DNA of 63,453 nt, counting the filler, from Chiloscyllium plagiosum (Eukaryota), in assembly GCF_004010195.1 (NCBI RefSeq). It is 5 parts of one record of this genome, joined end to end, with 100 filler letters (N's around TTAATTAATTAA, not from the genome) between each part and the next. Parts side by side here need not be neighbours in the genome. Positions count along the whole stretch, not along the records: positions 1 to 29,094 come from NC_057714.1; 4 more parts are not named here. One strand, written 5' to 3'. The position numbers and the translations under genes were made by a program. Below are positions 11,800 through 25,046 of this stretch, in pieces. Position 1 is the first letter of the stretch. Each line of letters starts with the position of its first letter. Below the pieces are notes generated by a model. The model did no database searches, had not been told where the DNA came from, and was given only the letters and a program-made list of their open reading frames with translations.

Positions 11800-12480
11800 T
11801 AGAGACAGAAAAAAAAACCCTTCAGTCCAACTCGTCCATGCCGACCAGATATCCCAACCCAACCCGGCCAATTCCCTCCGGACCCTTCCTATTCATATAC
11901 CCATCCAAATGCCTTTTAAATGTTGCAATTNNNNNNNNNNNNNNNNNNNNNNNNNNNNNNNNNNNNNNNNNNNNNNNNNNNNNNNNNNNNNNNNNNNNNN
12001 NNNNNNNNNNNNNNNNNNNNNNNNNNNNNNNNNNNNNNNNNNNNNNNNNNNNNNNNNNNTGCCCCTCATGATTTTATAAACCTCTATAAAGTCATCCCTT
12101 AGCCTCCAACACTCCAGGGAAAACAGCCTATTCAGCCTCTCCCTATAGCTCAAATCCTCCAACCCTTGCAACATCCTTGTAAATCTTTTCTAAACCCTTT
12201 CAAGTTTTGCATAATCTATCCGATAGATAGGAGACTGGAATTGCAAGCAATATTCCAAACGTGGCCTAACCAGTGTCCTGTACAGGCAAGTTCTCCCTGT
12301 ATTCCATGAGATCTAACTTTGCTAACCAGTCTCCCATGGGGAACCTTGTCAAATGCCTTACTGAAGTCCATGTAGATCACACCCACCGCTCTGCCATCAT
12401 CAATCCTTTTTGTTACTTCTTCAAGGAACTCAATCAAGTTTGTGAGTCATGATTTCCCACGCATAAAGCAATGTTGACTG
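11800..12480 (-). mobile_element. CR1 LINE fragments
   Basis: IYMDFSKAFDKVPHGRL (12216-12437) and LSYRERLNRLFSLE (11893-12174). Confidence 0.85.
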
Positions 12481-12980
12481 NNNNNNNNNNNNNNNNNNNN
12501 NNNNNNNNNNNNNNNNNNNNNNNNNNNNNNNNNNNNNNNNNNNNNNNNNNNNNNNNNNNNNNNNNNNNNNNNNNNNNNNNNNNNNNNNNNNNNNNNNNNN
12601 NNNNNNNNNNNNNNNNNNNNNNNNNNNNNNNNNNNNNNNNNNNNNNNNNNNNNNNNNNNNNNNNNNNNNNNNNNNNNNNNNNNNNNNNNNNNNNNNNNNN
12701 NNNNNNNNNNNNNNNNNNNNNNNNNNNNNNNNNNNNNNNNNNNNNNNNNNNNNNNNNNNNNNNNNNNNNNNNNNNNNNNNNNNNNNNNNNNNNNNNNNNN
12801 NNNNNNNNNNNNNNNNNNNNNNNNNNNNNNNNNNNNNNNNNNNNNNNNNNNNNNNNNNNNNNNNNNNNNNNNNNNNNNNNNNNNNNNNNNNNNNNNNNNN
12901 NNNNNNNNNNNNNNNNNNNNNNNNNNNNNNNNNNNNNNNNNNNNNNNNNNNNNNNNNNNNNNNNNNNNNNNNNNNNNNNN

Positions 12981-13246
12981 CCAGAGACCCGGGTTCAATT
13001 CCCGCCTCAGGCGACTGACTGTGTGGAGTTTGCACGTTCTCCCCATGTCTGCGTGGGTTTCCTCCGGGTGCTCCGGTTTCCTCCCACAGTCCAAAGATGT
13101 GCAGGTCAGGTGAATTGGCCATGCTAAATTGCCCGTAGTGTTAGGTAAGGGGTAAATGTAGGGGTATGGGTGGGTTGCGCTTCAGCGGGGCGGTGTGGAC
13201 TTGTTGGGCCGAAGGGCCTGTTTCCACACTGTAAGTAATCTAAATC
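12981..13246 (+). mobile_element. tRNA-derived V-SINE (HE1-like); 5' end lies in a gap
   Basis: B box GGTTCAATTCC, V-domain tgtggagtttgcacgttctcccc...ctcccacagtccaaagatgtgcag, and an aatct-type tail. Confidence 0.85.
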
Positions 13247-13247
13247 T

Positions 13248-15786
13248 AAATAACCTCTAGCCTACCCAACACATCTTCCCTACTTATGTCAACATGATCC
13301 AGACTGACCAAATTTCTATCTCTAATCTCAACATTCATCATGTCCCTCTCCTCAGTGAACACTGATGCAAAGTAATCATTCAGAATTACACCCATTCTCT
13401 CAGGTTCGACACACAGCCTTCCTTCATTATCCTTTAGTGGACCAACCCTTTCTCTAGATACACACTTGCTTCTTATAGAAGAATAAAAGGCTTTGGGATT
13501 CTCCTTAATTCTGCTCACTAAAGCTATTTCATGACCTCTTTTAGCCCGCTTGATTCCTTGTTTAAGGCTTGTCCTACTCTCCCGATATTCCTCCAGGACC
13601 CATTCTGTTCTGCCTGGACGTTATTTACGCTTCCCTTTTCCTCTTGGCTGGTTGTACAATTTCTCCTGTCATCCATGGTTCACAAATTTGTTTGAAGAAC
13701 TCTTGGGAGACAGAGTTGGGATAATGGAGGCATTTTCCAGATGGCAGTCAGTAACTCGTGTACCGCCCAAGGATCAGTGCTGGGACCACAGTTATTCAGA
13801 ATATTATCTTATTGACTGGCATGAGGAAAGTGAATGTACCGTAGCCAGGTTTGCAGATGACACAGGAGGGGTCTGCAGAGGGATATTGGCAGGTCAGACG
13901 AGTGAGCTAAATCTTGGCAGATGGAATATAATGTAGGACAATGTGTGTTATGCACTTTGGTAGGAAGAACAGAGGAACTGAATATTATTTAAATGGATAC
14001 AGACTGCAGAAAGCTGGCATTAGGAATCTTCGTCCATGAATCACAAAAAGCGAGCATCCAAGTTCACCTTTCTAAACTGAAAGCCTTCTGCCTCCCTGTG
14101 GTCCCTCTCCCTGTATTCCCTACTTCCTCGTGCAGTTTTCAAGATGTCTCTTAAACATTGCTGTTGTATCCAGCCCATCACCTCCTCAGGCACTTACCAC
14201 CCTCTGTGGAAAAAAGACTTGTCTCTCACATGTCCTTTAAACTTACCCCCTTTTATCTTCAACCTCTGCCCCGAGTAATTGACATTTCTATCTTGGGAGA
14301 AAGACTCTGAATGTCCATTCCATCCATGCTTCTCATAATATTGTAAACTTCTATCAGGTCACCCCTCTACCTCCAATGTTCAAGTGAAAATTAACCAGGT
14401 TTGTCCGATCTGTCCTGATAGCTAATACCATACAAACCAGGCAACTTCTGTTTCTGTACACTCTCTAAAGCCTCCACATCCTTCTGATTGTGTAGTGACC
14501 AGAACTGTACACAATATTCCAAATGTGGCCGACTTAAGTTTCTCTACAGCTGCAACATGACCTGTCAGTGTTTATACTCTGTGCCCTGACCGATGAAAGC
14601 TCGCCTGTTGTATACTTTCTTGACCATCCTACCCACTTGTGTTGCCACCTTCAGGGAATTGTAGATCTTTAAGTGCAGATCTCTCTGTATGTTAATGTTT
14701 CTGAGGGTTTTGCCATTTACTGTATATTCCCTCCTGCATTACATCTTCCAAACTGTACCACCTCACTTTTGTTCGGATTAAACTCCATCCGGCATATTTG
14801 TCCACCCAAGTCTCCATCCTTTCGATATCCTGCTGTATTATTTGGCAATCGTCCTCACTATCCACAGCTCATGTACCATGCAAAGGACAGTGAGCTGCAT
14901 TTACATGGCCTCCAGTTGTTGTTGGATGGTGCTGTCCTTGAGGGTGGCCACTCTCTCATGGCTGAAGCTCCACTGTTTGACAGTAACATCATCAAAGACT
15001 GGACACTGAGTTCAGACAGTGGGGAATCTGTCTCCCAAACACCCAGGCTTGGGCCAAATGGAAGAGATTGGAACGTTTGTTCAAAATCTGTTCTGCTGGT
15101 ATCCCTTCCACCATCGTTCCTATATGATATGCTACCCTGTACCATACTTGTTGAAAGACCAAAAGCTGTTGTTGAATTGATTTGCTTTATTTCATGGTAA
15201 TACAGAAAGTCAGAGCTGGTGTAAATCTTGTCAAGACTGACTCCTGTAGCTCACAGTTTCTGGAAGAGGTTGAACTCAGATGCTCCAGTACATTATTCTG
15301 ATGGTTTCATCTCTGCTCTCTATAACCCTAGGAAATAGAACAGAATGGAACAATGAGTTCTACCCAATCAACTAGATGTTACTTCCTACTGTCGAGGGTA
15401 TGGTGCTGGAAAAACACAGCAGGTCAGGCAGCATTCGAGGAGCAGAAGAATCGATTTTTCGGGCAAAAGCCCTTTATCATCCATTCCTGCTTCTCGGATG
15501 CTGTCTGACTTGCATTGGATTGCCAGCACCACACTCTCAACTTTAATCTCCAGCAACTGCAGTCCTCCCTTTCACCTAATTACTTCTTACTGACTATCCC
15601 ATTGGTGTCTGTGCTTTGAGAGAGGGTAATCAGATGAAACACGGCCCATTCCACCAGCACAGAAAGGTGAGGGCTTGGGTTTGGGGTATAGTCACCCCTT
15701 TCCCCAGGGAAATGTTGCAAGATGACCAGTCAGGAATACATAGGAGCTGATTCCACAATCCCAACCAGCCTCTTCTTCTTGCATTG
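13248..15786. repeat. Local segmental duplication, copy A (paralogous to 20410-25046)
   Basis: Same order of CR1 fragments, unique sequence and mini-PLE, with identical junctions in both copies. Confidence 0.9.
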
Positions 15787-16339
15787 ACCACTCCTGAGGG
15801 GACACTCTCTTCAAACGGAAATGTGAAGGAATTTCTTTCCCCAGATGGTCACAAATGAGAGAATTCTCTGGGCCAGAGAGCTGTTGAGGCTAGTTCACCA
15901 AAACAGTCAGTTTCAAAAAGGACGTGGCCAGGCCTAGAAATATCAAGGAGTTAAGGCCTGCGGCAGATGGAAGGATAGGCTTGAGGGGACAGATGACCAC
16001 TCTAAGTGGAGAGGTGTGGGCAGGGAATTCCAGAGCCTCCTGAAGGCATGGCCAGTGGTGAGTGAGTGTTTAAATCCACAAAAGGGCCACATAGCTGAAG
16101 GGGTTGTGAGGATTATGGAGATTACAGAGATTAGGAAGCCAAGTGAGGATTTGGTAACAATTATTCCATTTGAATAGAGTGTTGTTTCTTAATGAGGAGC
16201 CCCAACATGAGAGAGAACGCAGAGCGTGAGGGGAACAGGAATTAGGGCTCTGAGACAGTGTCAGGCCTACAACAACAACTGGCCTACCTTGGGATGACTC
16301 TGTTGTCATTGATGATGTGGGAATACCAAACACCTTGGT

Positions 16340-18540
16340 GTCTTCGGCCCTCCAAGTCTGAGTCGATCCAAATCCACTGTCTAAACCTGTCGCCCAATTC
16401 CTAAGCATCTGTATCCCTCTGCTCCCCACCTACTCATACATCTGCCCAGACGCATCTTAAATGAATCTACCGTGCCTGCCTCAACCAACTCTGCTGGCAA
16501 CGCGTTCTAGACGCCCACCACCCTCTGTGTGAAGTATTTGCGTGTGTATCCCCCTTAAACTTTTCACCTCTCACTTTGAAAGCGTGACCTCTTGTTATTG
16601 AATCCTTCACCCTGGGAAAAAGCTTATCTCTATCTAGCCTGTCAATACCCTTCATGATTTTGTAGACCTCAATCAGGTCCCCCCTCAATCTTCTTTTCTC
16701 TAATGAAAACAAATCAACCTCACTTCACAGCTAGCACCTTCCATACCAGGCAACATCCTCGTAAACCATCTCTGCACCCTCTCCAATGTGTCTACATCCT
16801 TTTTGGTAATGTGGCGACCAGAACTGTACGCAGTACTCTAAATGTGACCGAGCCAACACTGTGTATAATATTAACATGACTTGCCAGCTCTTATACTCAA
16901 TACCCCGTCCGATGAAGGCAAGCATACTATATGTCTTCTTGACCACTCTATCCATCTGTGCAGCCACCTTCAGGGTACAATGAAGCTGAACTCCCAGATC
17001 TCTCTGCCCATCAACTTTTCCCAAGCTCTTCCATTTACTGTATAATTCGTTCCAGCATTCAACTTCCCAAAATGCATCACTTCACATTTACCTGGATTGA
17101 ACTCCATCTGCCACTTCTCTGCCCAACTCTCCAGTCTATCTATATCTGCTGTTCCAGCAATAAAGTTTCAACTTTGATCTCCAGCATCTGCAGACCTTAC
17201 TTTCTCCTCCCTGTGGAACACCACTGATCACCTTTCTCCATTTCAAGAAACTCTCTTCAACTACTACTCTCTGCCTCCTGTTGCTCAACCAGTTCTTTAT
17301 CCACCTAGCTCGAATACCCTGCACACCATGTGACTTCACTTTCTCCATTAGTTTACTGGGCGAACCGTATCAGATGCCTTACTAAAGTCCATCTATATGA
17401 TATCTACAGCTCTTCCTTCATCTATCAACTTGGTCACTTCCTCAAAGAACTCTATTAAGTTGGTAAAGCACGATCTCCCCTGCACAAAACCTTGTTACCT
17501 ATTACTGATAAGTCCATTCGTTTCCAAATATAAAGAAATTTTATCCCTCAGTACTTTCTCCAGCAATCTTCCCATCACTGACGCCAGGCTCACTGGTCTG
17601 TAGTTACCCGGAATATCCCTACTACCCTTCTTGTACAGGGGGACAACATGAGCAACCCTCCAGTCCTCTGGCACCTCACCTGTATTTAAGGATGTTACAA
17701 AGATATCTGTCAGAACATAGAACATAGAAAAAAAACAGCGCAGTACAGGCCCTTTGGCCCTCGATGTTGCGCTGATCCAAGCCCACCTAACCTACAATAG
17801 CCCACTATCCTCCATATGCCTATCCAATGCCCGCTTAAATGCCCATAAAGAGGGAGAGTCCACCACTGCTACTGGCAGGGCATTCCATGAACTCACGATT
17901 CGTTGTGTAAAGAATTTACCTCTAACATCTGTCCTATACCTACCACCCCTTAATTTAAAGCTATGCCCCCTTGTAATACGTGGCTGACTCCATACGTGGA
18001 AAAAGGTTCTCATGGTCAACCCTATCTAAACCCCTAATCATCTTGTACACCTCTATCAAGTCACCTCTAAACCTTCTTTTCTCCAATGAAAACAGCCCAA
18101 AGTGCCTCAGCCTTTCCTCATAGGATCTTCCTACCATACCAGGCAACATCCTGGTAAACCTCTCCACCCGTTCCAGTGCCTCCACATCCTTCCTATAGTA
18201 TGGCGACCAAAACTGCACACAATACTCCAGATGCAGCTGCACCAGAGTCTTATACAACTGCAACATGACCTCAGGACTCTGGAACTCAATTCCTCTACCA
18301 ATAAAAGCCAGTACACCACATGCCTTCCTCACCGCACTATTTACCTGGGTGGCAACTTTCAGAGATCATTGTACATGGACACCAAGATCCCTCTGCTCAT
18401 CCACACTACCAATACATGGACACCAAGATCCCTCTGCTCATCCACACTACCAAGAATCACCTCACACTTACCTACATGGAACTCCATTTGCCATCTTTCT
18501 GCCCAGCTCTGCAGCTTATCTATACCCCGCTGTAACCTGA
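16340..18540 (-). mobile_element. Nested CR1 LINE ORF2 fragments
   Basis: ORFs 16467-16712, 16731-17024, 17495-17725, 17792-18019 and 17961-18332 all carry CR1 RT motifs. Confidence 0.9.
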
Positions 18541-18549
18541 CACATTGGT

Positions 18550-18849
18550 GGGCGGCACGGTGGCACACTGGTTAGCACTGTTGCCTCACAGCGCCAGAGA
18601 CCCGGGTTCAATTCCCGACTCAGGCGACTGACTGTGTGGAGTTTGCACGTTCTCCCCGTGTCTGCGTGGGTTTCCTCCGGGTGCTCTGGTTTCCTCCCAC
18701 AGTCCAAAGATGTGCAGGGTCAGGTGAATTGGCCATGCTAAATTGCCCGTAGTGTTAGGTAAGGGGTAAATGTAGGGGTATGGGTGGGTTTCGCTTCGGC
18801 GGGTCAGTGTGGACTTGTTGGGCCGAAGGGCCTGTTTCCACACTGTAAT
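18550..18849 (+). mobile_element. tRNA-derived V-SINE (HE1-like), near full length
   Basis: A box TGGCACACTGG, B box GGTTCAATTCC, and V-domain. Confidence 0.88.
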
Positions 18850-19492
18850 NNNNNNNNNNNNNNNNNNNNNNNNNNNNNNNNNNNNNNNNNNNNNNNNNNN
18901 NNNNNNNNNNNNNNNNNNNNNNNNNNNNNNNNNNNNNNNNNNNNNNNNNNNNNNNNNNNNNNNNNNNNNNNNNNNNNNNNNNNNNNNNNNNNNNNNNNNN
19001 NNNNNNNNNNNNNNNNNNNNNNNNNNNNNNNNNNNNNNNNNNNNNNNNNNNNNNNNNNNNNNNNNNNNNNNNNNNNNNNNNNNNNNNNNNNNNNNNNNNN
19101 NNNNNNNNNNNNNNNNNNNNNNNNNNNNNNNNNNNNNNNNNNNNNNNNNNNNNNNNNNNNNNNNNNNNNNNNNNNNNNNNNNNNNNNNNNNNNNNNNNNN
19201 NNNNNNNNNNNNNNNNNNNNNNNNNNNNNNNNNNNNNNNNNNNNNNNNNNNNNNNNNNNNNNNNNNNNNNNNNNNNNNNNNNNNNNNNNNNNNNNNNNNN
19301 NNNNNNNNNNNNNNNNNNNNNNNNNNNNNNNNNNNNNNNNNNNNNNNNNNNNNNNNNNNNNNNNNNNNNNNNNNNNNNNNNNNNNNNNNNNNNNNNNNNN
19401 NNNNNNNNNNNNNNNNNNNNNNNNNNNNNNNNNNNNNNNNNNNNNNNNNNNNNNNNNNNNNNNNNNNNNNNNNNNNNNNNNNNNNNNNNNNN

Positions 19493-20230
19493 CAACAATG
19501 CCCTGTTCCTGAGTGAATACTGCCGGAAAGTATTCATTCAGTGTCTCCCCAATCTCTTCAGCCTCCACACGCAATTTCCCACTACTATCCTTGACTGGAC
19601 CGATTCCTACCCTAGTCATTCTTTTATTCCTGACATACCTATAGGAAGCCTTTGGGTTTTCCCTAATCCTACCAACTAAGGACTTTTCATGTCCCCTCCT
19701 TGCTGCTCTTAGCTCTCTCTTCAGATCCCTCCTGGCTACCTTATAACTCTCAATCGCCCCAATTGAACCTTCACGCCTCATCTTTACATAGGCCGCCCTC
19801 TTCCCTTTAACAAGGGATTCCAATTCCTTATTAAACCACGGGTCCCTCACATGATCCTTTCCGCCCTACCTGACAGGTACATACTTATCAAGGACACTCA
19901 ATAGTTGCTCCTTGAATAATAAATTGCACCCATCCCTTGAAGCCTACTTTTCCAAGCCACGCATCCTAAGTCGTGCCTCACCGCATCATAATTTCCCTGC
20001 CCCCAGCTATAACTCTTGCCCTGCAGTGCACATTTATCCCTCTCTATCACTAGAGTAAAAGTCACCGAATTGTGGTCACTGTCCCCAAAATGCTCACTTA
20101 CCTCCAATTCTATCACCTGGCCTGGTTCGTTACCCAGAACCAAATCCAGTATGGCCTCACCTAATCCAGTATGGCCTCACCTCAGGGCCCCAGCTATTTC
20201 CGCTTTTGCCTCCCTCAGCAACCTTGAATA
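19493..20230 (-). mobile_element. CR1 LINE ORF2 endonuclease/tether fragment
   Basis: GDSDHNSVTF, PWFNKELE and ENPKASYRYV motifs. Confidence 0.88.
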
Positions 20231-20409
20231 GATCCTGTATTCCTGATGAAGGGCTTTTGCCCGAAACATCAATTTTCCTGCTCCTCGGATGCTGCCTGAA
20301 CTGCTGTGCTTTTCCAGCACCACTGTAATCCAGAATCTGGTTTCCAGCATCTGTAGTCATTGTTTTTACCCTGGGATAATCCCAACCGATCTTGGGGATT
20401 TGTCCTCTG

Positions 20410-23400
20410 TAATAACCTCTAGCCTACCCAACACATCTTCCCTATTTATGTCAACGTGATCCAGACTGACCAAATTTCTATCTCTCATCTCAACATTCAT
20501 CATGTCCCTCTCCTCAGTGAACACTGATGCAAAGTAATCATTCAGAATCTCACCTATTCTCTCATTGATACACAGCCTTCCTTCATTATCCTTTAGTGGA
20601 TCAACCCGCTCTACTTACCCACTTGCTTCTTATATAAAATGCTTTGGGATTCACCTTAATTCTGCTCACTAAAGCTATTTCATGACCTCTTTTAGCCCGC
20701 TTGATTCCTCGTTTAAGGCTGGTCCTACTCTCCCGATATTCCTCCAGGGCCCATTCTGTTCTTAGCTGCCTGGACCTTATGTACGCTTCCCTTTTCCTCT
20801 TGGCTGGTTGTACAATTTCTCCTGTCATCCATGGTTCACAAATTTGTTTGAAGAACTCTTGGGAGACAGAGTTGGGATAACGGGGACATTTTCCAGATGG
20901 CAGTCAGTAACTCGTGTACCGCCCAAGGATCAGTGCTGGGACCACAGTTATTCAGAATATTATCTTATTGACTGGCATGAGGAAAGTGAATGTACCGTAG
21001 CCAGGTTTGCAGATGACACAGGAGGGGTCTGCAGAGGGATATTGGCAGGTCAGACGAGTGAGCTAAATCTTGGCAGATGGAATATAATGTAGGACAATGT
21101 GTGTTATGCACTTTGGTAGGAAGAACAGAGGAACTGAATATTATTTAAATGGATACAGACTGCAGAAAGCTGGCATTAGGAATCTTCGTCCATGAATCAC
21201 AAAAAGCGAGCATCCAAGTTCACCTTTCTAAACTGAAAGCCTTCTGCCTCCCTGTGGTCCCTCTCCCTGTATTCCCTACTTCCTCGTGCAGTTTTCAAGA
21301 TGTCTCTTAAACATTGCTGTTGTATCCAGCCCATCACCTCCTCAGGCACTTACCACCCTCTGTGGAAAAAAGACTTGTTCTCTCACATCTCCTTTAATCT
21401 TATCTCCTTCAACCTATGTCCTGATTAATTGACATTTCTATCTTGGGAGAAAGACACCGACTATCCATTCCATCTTTTGTAAACTTCTACCAGGTCACCC
21501 CTCCACCTCCAATGTCCAAGTGAAAATTAACCTAGTTTGTCCAATCTGTCCTTATAACTAATACCATACAAACCAGGCAACTTCTGTTTCTGTACACTCT
21601 CTAAAGCCTCCACATCCTTCTGATTGTGTGGTGACCAGAACTGTACACAATATTCCAAATGTGGCCGAATTAAGTTTCTCTACAGCTGCAACATGACCTG
21701 TCAGTGTTTATACTCTATGCCCTGGCCAATGAAAGCTCGCCTGTTATATACCTTCTTGACCATCCTACCCACTTGTGTTGCCATCTTCAGGGAATTATAG
21801 ATCTTTAAGTGCAGATCGCTCTGTATGTTAATGTTTCTGAGGGTTTTGCCATTTACTGTATATTCCCTCCTGCATTACATCTTCCAAACTGTACCACCTC
21901 GCTTTTGTTCAGATTAAACTCCATCTGCCATTTCTCCACCCAAGTCTCCTTCCTTTCAATACCCTGCTGTATCCTCTGACAATCCCCCTCACTATCCACA
22001 GCTCGTGTACCATGGTAAAGACAATGACTGCAGATGCTGGAAACCAGATTCTGGATTAGTGGTGCTGGAAGAGCACAGCAGTTCAGGCCGTATCCGAGGA
22101 GCAGTAAAATCGACGTTTCAGGCAAAAGCTCTTCATCAGGAATACAGACAGAGAGCCTGAAAGGTGGAGAGATAAGTGAGAGGAGGGTGAGGGTGGGGAG
22201 AAAGTAGCATAGAGTACAATAGGTGAGTGGGGTAGGGGATGGTGATAGGCCGGGGTGGGAGGGTGGAGTGGATAGGTGGAAAAGAAGATAGGCAGGTAGG
22301 ACAAGTCTGGACAAGTCATGGGGACAGTGCTGAGCTGGAAGTTTGGAACTGGGGTTGGGGAAGGGGAAATGAGGAAACTGTTGAAGTCCACATTGATGCC
22401 CTGGGGTTGAAGTGTTCCGAGGGGGAAGATGAGGTGTTCTTCCTCCAGGCGTCTGGTGGTGAGGGAGCAGCGGTGAAGGAGGCCCAGGACCTCCATGTCC
22501 TCGGCAGAGTGGGAGGGAGAGTTGAAATGCTGGGCCACAAGGCAGTGTGGTTGATTGCCGCAGGTGTCCCGGAGATGTTCCCTAAAGCGCTCGGCTAGGA
22601 GGCGTCCAGTCTCCCCAATGTAGAGGAGACCACATCGTGAGCAATGGATACAATAAATGATATTGGTGGACGTGCAGGTAAAACTTTGATGAATGTGGAA
22701 GGCTCCTTTGGGGCCTTGGATAGAGGTGAGGGAGGAGGTGTGGGCGCTGGTTTTGCTATTCCTGCGGTGGCAGGGGACGGTGCCACGATGGGAGGGTGGG
22801 TTGAAGAGGGGCCGTGGACCTGACCAAGTAGTCACGGAGGGAACAGTCTTTGTCGAAGGCGGAAAGGGGTGGGGAGGAAAATATATCCCTGGTGGTGGGG
22901 TCTGTTTGGAGGTGGCGGAAATGTTGGCGGATGATTTGGTTTATGCGAAGGTTGGTAGGGTGGAAGATGAGCACCAGGGACGTTCTGTCCTTGTTACGAT
23001 TGGAGGGGTGGGGTCTGATGGCGGAGGTGCGGGATGTAGTCGAGATGCCTTGGAGGGCATCTTTAACCACGTGGGAAGGGAAATTGCGATCTCTAAAGAA
23101 GGAGGCCATCTGGTGTGTTCTGTGGTGGAACCGGTCCCCCTGGGAGCAGAAATGGCAGAGGCGGAGGAATTGGGAATACAGGATGGCATTTTTGCAGGAG
23201 ATAGGATGGGAAGAGGTGTAATCCAGGTAGCCGTGGGAGTCGGTGGGTTTGTAAAAAATGTCGGTATCAAGTCAGTCATCATTAATGGAGATGGAGAGGT
23301 CCAGGAAGGGGAGGGAGGTATCAGAGATGGTCCAGGTAAATTTAAGGTCAGGGTGCAATGTGTTGGTCAAGTTGATGAATTGCTCAACCTCCTCGCGAGA

Positions 23401-25046
23401 GCACGAGGTGGTGCCAATGCAGTCATCAATGTAGCGGAGGAAGAGGTGGGGAGTGGTGCCGGTGTAATTACGGAAGATCAACTGTTCTACATAGCCAACA
23501 AAGAGACAGGCATAGCTGGGGCCCATACGGATGCCCATGGCTACCCCTTTGGTCTGGAGGAAGTGGGAGGATTTGAAGGAGAAATTGTTAAAGGTGAGGA
23601 CCAGTTCGGCCAAACGAATGAGAGCGTCGGTGGAAGGATGTCTGGAGAGGAAGAAACGGAGGACTTGGAGGCCCTGGACATGGCAGATGGAGGTGTAGAG
23701 GGATTGGATATCCATTGAGAAGATGAAGCGTTGGGGGCCGGGGAAACGGAAGTCTTGGAGGAGGTGGAGGGCGTGGGTGGTGTCTCGAATGTATGTGGGG
23801 AGCTCCTCGACTAGGGGGAATAGGACAGTGTCGAGGTAGGTAGAAATGAGTTCAGTGGGGCAGGAGCATGCTGAGACAATGGGTCAGGCTAGTGGATCTT
23901 GGGAAGGAGGTAGAACCGGGCAGTGCGGGGTTCCCGGACTATGAGGTTGGAAGCTGTGGGTGGGAGATCTCCTGAGCTGATGAGGTTCTGTATGGTCTGG
24001 AAGATGATGGTTTGGTGATGGGGGGTGGGGTCATGGTCGAGGGGGAGGTAGGAAGAGGTGTCCTCGAGTTGGCGTTTGGCTTCAGCGGTATAGAGGTCAG
24101 TGTGCCAGACTACCACTGTGCCTCCTTTATCTGTACCATGCAAAGGACCTTGAGCTGCGTTTACATGGCCTCCACTTGTTGTTGGATGGTGCTCTCCATG
24201 AGGGTGGCCACTCTCTCATGGCTGAAGCTCAAGCTTTTGACAGTAACATCATCAAAGCCTGGACACTGAGTTCAGAGAGTGGGGAATCTGTCTCCCAAAT
24301 ACCCAGGCTTGGGCCAAATGGAAGAGATTGGAAATTATGTTCAAAATCAGTTCTGCTGGTATCCCTTCCACCATCGTTCCCATGTGATATTCTACCATGG
24401 GCCATAATTGTTGAGAGGCCAAAAGCTGTTGTTGAATTTATTTGCTTTATTTCATGGCAATACAGAAAGTCAGAGCTGGTGTAAATCTTGTCAAGACTGA
24501 CTCCTGTAGCTCACAGTTTCTGGAAGAGGTTGAACTCAGGTGCTCCAGTACATTATTCTGATGGTTTCATCTCTGCTGTCTATAACCCTAGGAAATGGAA
24601 CAGAATGGAACAATGAGTTCTACCCAATCAACTAGATGTTACTTCCTACTGTCGAGGTTATGGTGCTGGAAAAACACAGCAGCTCAGGCAGCATTTGAGG
24701 AGCAGAAGAATCGATATTTCGAACAAAAGCCCTTTATCATCCATTCCTGCTCCTTGGATGCTGCCTGACTTGCAGTGCTTTGCCAGCACCACACTCTCAA
24801 CTTTAATCTCCAGCAACTGCAGTCCTCCCTTTTGCCTCATTACTTCTTACTGACCATCCCATTGGCGTCTGTGCATTGAGAGAGGGTAATCAGATCAGAC
24901 ACGGCCCATTCCACCAGCACAAAAAGGTGAGGGCTTGGGTTTGGGGTATAGTCACCCTTTTCCCCAGGGAAATGTTGCAAGATGACCAGTTATGAATTCA
25001 TAGGAGCTGATTCCACAATCCCAACCGGCCCATTCTCCTTGCATTG
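20410..25046. repeat. Local segmental duplication, copy B (contains the PLE insertion)
   Basis: Colinear with 13248-15786 once 22015-24131 is removed. Confidence 0.9.
22015..24131 (-). mobile_element. Penelope-like retroelement (RT + GIY-YIG endonuclease), 5'-truncated and frameshifted
   Basis: RT: FYLLPKIH, MDIQSLYT, QTKGVAMG, LRYIDDC. GIY-YIG: NIIYCIHCSRCGLLYIGETGRLLAERFREH. Hammerhead core at about 22112-22139. TSD tgtaccatg at 22006-22014 and 24132-24140. Confidence 0.93.

Noticed and set aside
18550..18620. tRNA-like A/B boxes
   Set aside because: These are SINE heads, not tRNA genes; they continue into the V-SINE body.
12430..19850. Long ORFs containing X runs
   Set aside because: Artefacts of translating across N gaps.
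22693..23718. 341-aa plus-strand ORF
   Set aside because: Antisense shadow of the Penelope RT.
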